From Lama glama (Eukaryota), in contig CM052841.1 in assembly GCA_028534125.1 (NCBI GenBank), positions 67,394,001-67,458,000 of the forward strand: DNA of 64,000 nt. Reading direction: 5' to 3'. The translations under genes and the position numbers were made by a program. The notes below the pieces were generated by a model. That model saw only the letters and a program-made list of their open reading frames with translations. It ran no database searches and had not been told where the DNA came from. Numbering within the stretch: position 1 is the stretch's first letter; every line of letters begins with the position of its first letter. Shown here one piece after another: positions 61,481 to 64,000 of this stretch.

Positions 61481-63080
61481 GCCGGCCGAGGCCGTGTGGC
61501 CGGGGACGGTGGGCCCGCGCCTGGGTCGCGGAGCGATGCAGAAGGCAAGTGGCCCCCGGGGCGGAAGGTCTGATGGGGCCTGACAGCCCTGCCTTGTCCG
61601 AGGGAGGCCGTTCGGGGGCGTGGAGGCACGGCGCCCTCCCGGGGTCTCTGTGCCCGAAGGCTGCACGCTCGCCTCGGCGGGGGCCCTCCCACCCAGCCCG
61701 CTGCTCTGCCGCCCAGCCCGGCTCTGCACTCTGGGGCCGGCCGAGCCGCTCCGGGGGCACCCGTCCCCCCGGACCACCGCCGCCGGAGGAGGCCGCGGAG
61801 GGCGGCCGCACAGGGGCGCCCCCCGCCAGGCCGCTGGCTCTCCGGCCGCCCGCCCTGCCCCGAGGCGTCGCGCGCCCCGACCTCCTGCCTGGCCCCGCAC
61901 GGGAGTCTGACGGCAGGGGTCCTACCTGAAGGCCGTCTTCCGGGGCCGCCCCGAGTGAGGGCGGGCCACCGGGCCCAGGGGCTGGGTCGGGGAAGGCTCG
62001 CGTCGGGAAGCCACGGACTGCGCGCAGCCCGCGTGGAGGGCCGAGGGGTGGGGACCAGCCTAACCTCTCCCGCGGTTTGTCAGGGGCCGCAGGGTGCAAA
62101 TCCGCAACTGTTTTTTATTGTTTGGTAATGCTTTAAAACCTCTGCAGTAGCCCACGCGGCAGCGAGCAGAAACGTGCAGACCGGGCCTCGCAAAGCCTCG
62201 AAGAGAAGGGAGCGGCCATCGAGCGTAAGGCCGGCGGGGCTGCGCGGCAATGGCGGCAGGGCGAGAGCGGGTGGGCGTGGCCAGCGGGCCCGGCCCGCTT
62301 CGGGGCGGGGCTGTGGGCGTGGCCATCCGGCCCGCCCGCTTCTGGGGGCGGGAGACAGCGGCACCCGCGTGGCCGCAAGGGCTGCGCTGACACCCACGCG
62401 GTGGAGCCCGTGATTTTACTCGGAGTGAGCGTCTGTTCTTGGAAAGTCGCTTTCTTCGTCCCCGGTCCCGGTTGCGCGTGTCACCAGCGCACTGTCCCGC
62501 CCCTGGGGGCACCTGTTTAGATCTGCATCATCAGTTGCTTCGAGCAGGAAACCAGTTAAATTCATTCCCAAACCATTTTTATTTATTTTTTTAACCCAGT
62601 GGATGGAACAGAGGGGAACACCTGGAAGTTCATTGGAACAAACGAGAAACATCTGGTGTGCTGTCAACAGGGCTGCACGTGCAGGGAAAACCAAACGAGC
62701 CCCTCAACACTGAAGTTTGTTTGTTCTGAAGGTGACAAGAGGCTGAATTTTGGAGGATCGTAGCTCCGTGATTAAAAAAATACAGCATTTTGCCGAAATC
62801 GAGGAACTCATTCTTTATTACTGGGAACGGGCTGCGACGTGCGCAGGACCCCTAACCGCACTGAAGCCACGCCGTGTGCAGCCGATGGAAACGGACGGCG
62901 CAGGCACCCGAATGCCCGAGCGCCCGCGTGTGCGCAGGGGCGGCGCACGCACGGCGCGCCGGGGAGGGGCCGCGCGACGAAGGGGCGAGCCGGTCCGCGC
63001 TGCGGCGCGCGCTCTCTCCGCCTGCCGCCTGCCGCCTGCCGCCTGCCGCCTACCGCCTGCGGCCGGGCTTCAGGCGTGTT
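61300..63080. other. Orphan CpG-island-like region (patchy: 61300-62050, 62150-62420, 62830-63080)
   Basis: Dense CpG; GC box GGGGCGGGGC at 62302-62311; no associated exon or ORF. Confidence 0.75.
63018..63059. repeat. 7-bp tandem repeat (ccgcctg) x6
   Basis: ccgcctg x4, ccgccta, ccgcctg seen directly. Confidence 0.95.
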
Positions 63081-63733
63081 TGCGCCATCGAAGTATCACC
63101 CGGGAGTCTCCTGCGTTCTATTTGAATTCATTTGGACGGCTTTCAGTGATCGATGTGACAAACGGAGCCAAAGCCCCCGAGCTTTCGAATCTTCTAAGAA
63201 TCGTCATGATTGAAAACAAAGTCCCCACGTGGAGGGCACTGCCGTTTATCCCCGTGGAAGCCAAAGGGGAGACAGACAGACTTCGCTCCAGGCCTCAGAC
63301 AGTGCACGAGATCTAATTTCAAGTCGTGTAATTGTGCTTTGGAAAAATCGTACTTGTGGGAGGAACGTTTTGATGGTGCTTGTAGGTTTAATTGGGTAAA
63401 TTTATATGCTGAAGCTAAACGGAACAAAATTGAGACGGCCATTCGAAAGAGTCAAATGTAGCAACAACCCATTTGAACTTTGTGTTACAAACGTATCTGT
63501 GGGAGAAAGGCACCCCGAACAGAGGTGCAAACGCAGCACCTGAGAGAACACTTGGGCTGAAATATGGTCACATTTAAGTACAACAAAAGACAACAAATAA
63601 ACAACAAAAAACACCAAACAAATAAACCCAAGGTTGTGAATTTCCTTCACCCAGCAGAAATCGCCTTAAACGTACGTGCTGTCTCAGCCTTTATGAAGAA
63701 TATATTTTCTCAAATAAAAATACCCTGGTCTGA

Positions 63734-63889
63734 GGGGGAAGGCAGAGCTCAGTGGTAGAGCGCATGCCTCGCACGCACAAGGTCCTGGGTTCAATCCCCA
63801 GCTCCTCCACTAAAGTAAATAAACAAATGAAAACCCAATTATCCTCCCCCCACCCAAAAAGAATTAAAAATAAACTGAAAATTGAAAAC
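63734..63889 (+). mobile_element. tRNA-derived SINE (camelid Vic-1-like) inserted in Blackjack
   Basis: Pol III A box agagctcagtgg (63744-63755), B box ggttcaatcc (63788-63797), then aaataaac...aattatcctccccc and an A-rich tail. Degenerate TSD aaaataccctggtct (63717-63731) / aaattaccatgattt (63890-63904). Confidence 0.85.
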
Positions 63890-64000
63890 AAATTACCATG
63901 ATTTACAGAGAAAGGTCTAGTCAGGGCCTCAAGAAATTCAAATTAATTCACATAAATTCGAATGATTTACCAGCAGTTTCATGGAAACCAGGAAAAAAAT

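Larger units (their letters stand above)
62055..64000 (+). mobile_element. BLACKJACK-like hAT DNA transposon fossil (transposase remnants), runs off window end
   Basis: Remnant peptides such as CALEKSYLWEERFDGACRFNWVNLY and DNA motifs atcagttgcttcgagcaggaaaccagttaaattcattcc, tgaaaacaaag, ttgggctgaaatat, tattttctcaaataaaaata match recalled Blackjack consensus. Confidence 0.72.

Noticed and set aside
63734-63810. tRNA gene
   Set aside because: It has A/B boxes but continues into a SINE body, A-rich tail and TSD. The acceptor stem is imperfect, so it is a tRNA-derived SINE.

Overview
GC-rich mammalian genomic DNA with one 500-N assembly gap (29685-30184). A tRNA-derived SINE at 63734-63889 resembles the camelid Vic-1 family, so the source is probably a camelid (inference). 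The only supportable protein-coding gene is RXRA (retinoid X receptor alpha, NR2B1) on the + strand. Eight coding exons (orthologous to human exons 3-10, 1686-20120) all have GT-AG boundaries and splice to 1110 nt = 369 aa + stop (human residues L94-T462). A ~3.6-kb 3' UTR follows; exons 1-2 lie upstream of the window. The remaining ~40 kb is intergenic (the RXRA-COL5A1 interval in mammals, by synteny knowledge). It holds old repeats (L1M, L2, MIR, Tigger1, MER33, Blackjack, MLT1, MER21/MER34/MER41-like LTRs), orphan CpG-rich patches and enhancer-like motif clusters. Most notable: (1) normally AT-rich fossil transposons appear rewritten patch-wise into CpG-island-like DNA, consistent with intense GC-biased gene conversion, with RXRA intron 3 and a few RXRalpha residues shifted the same way; (2) candidate alternative RXRA isoforms, namely an RFX-box/donor-bearing alternative first exon and an in-frame alternative donor inside zinc finger 1; (3) a perfect ISRE, an HNF1 palindrome, a GC-box/TATA/AATAAA module and DR-type nuclear-receptor elements in or near the gene. 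Repeat family names and human comparisons come from recalled sequences and need RepeatMasker or alignment confirmation. No prokaryote-type system (CRISPR, operon) is present, and the other long ORFs are GC-content artefacts.
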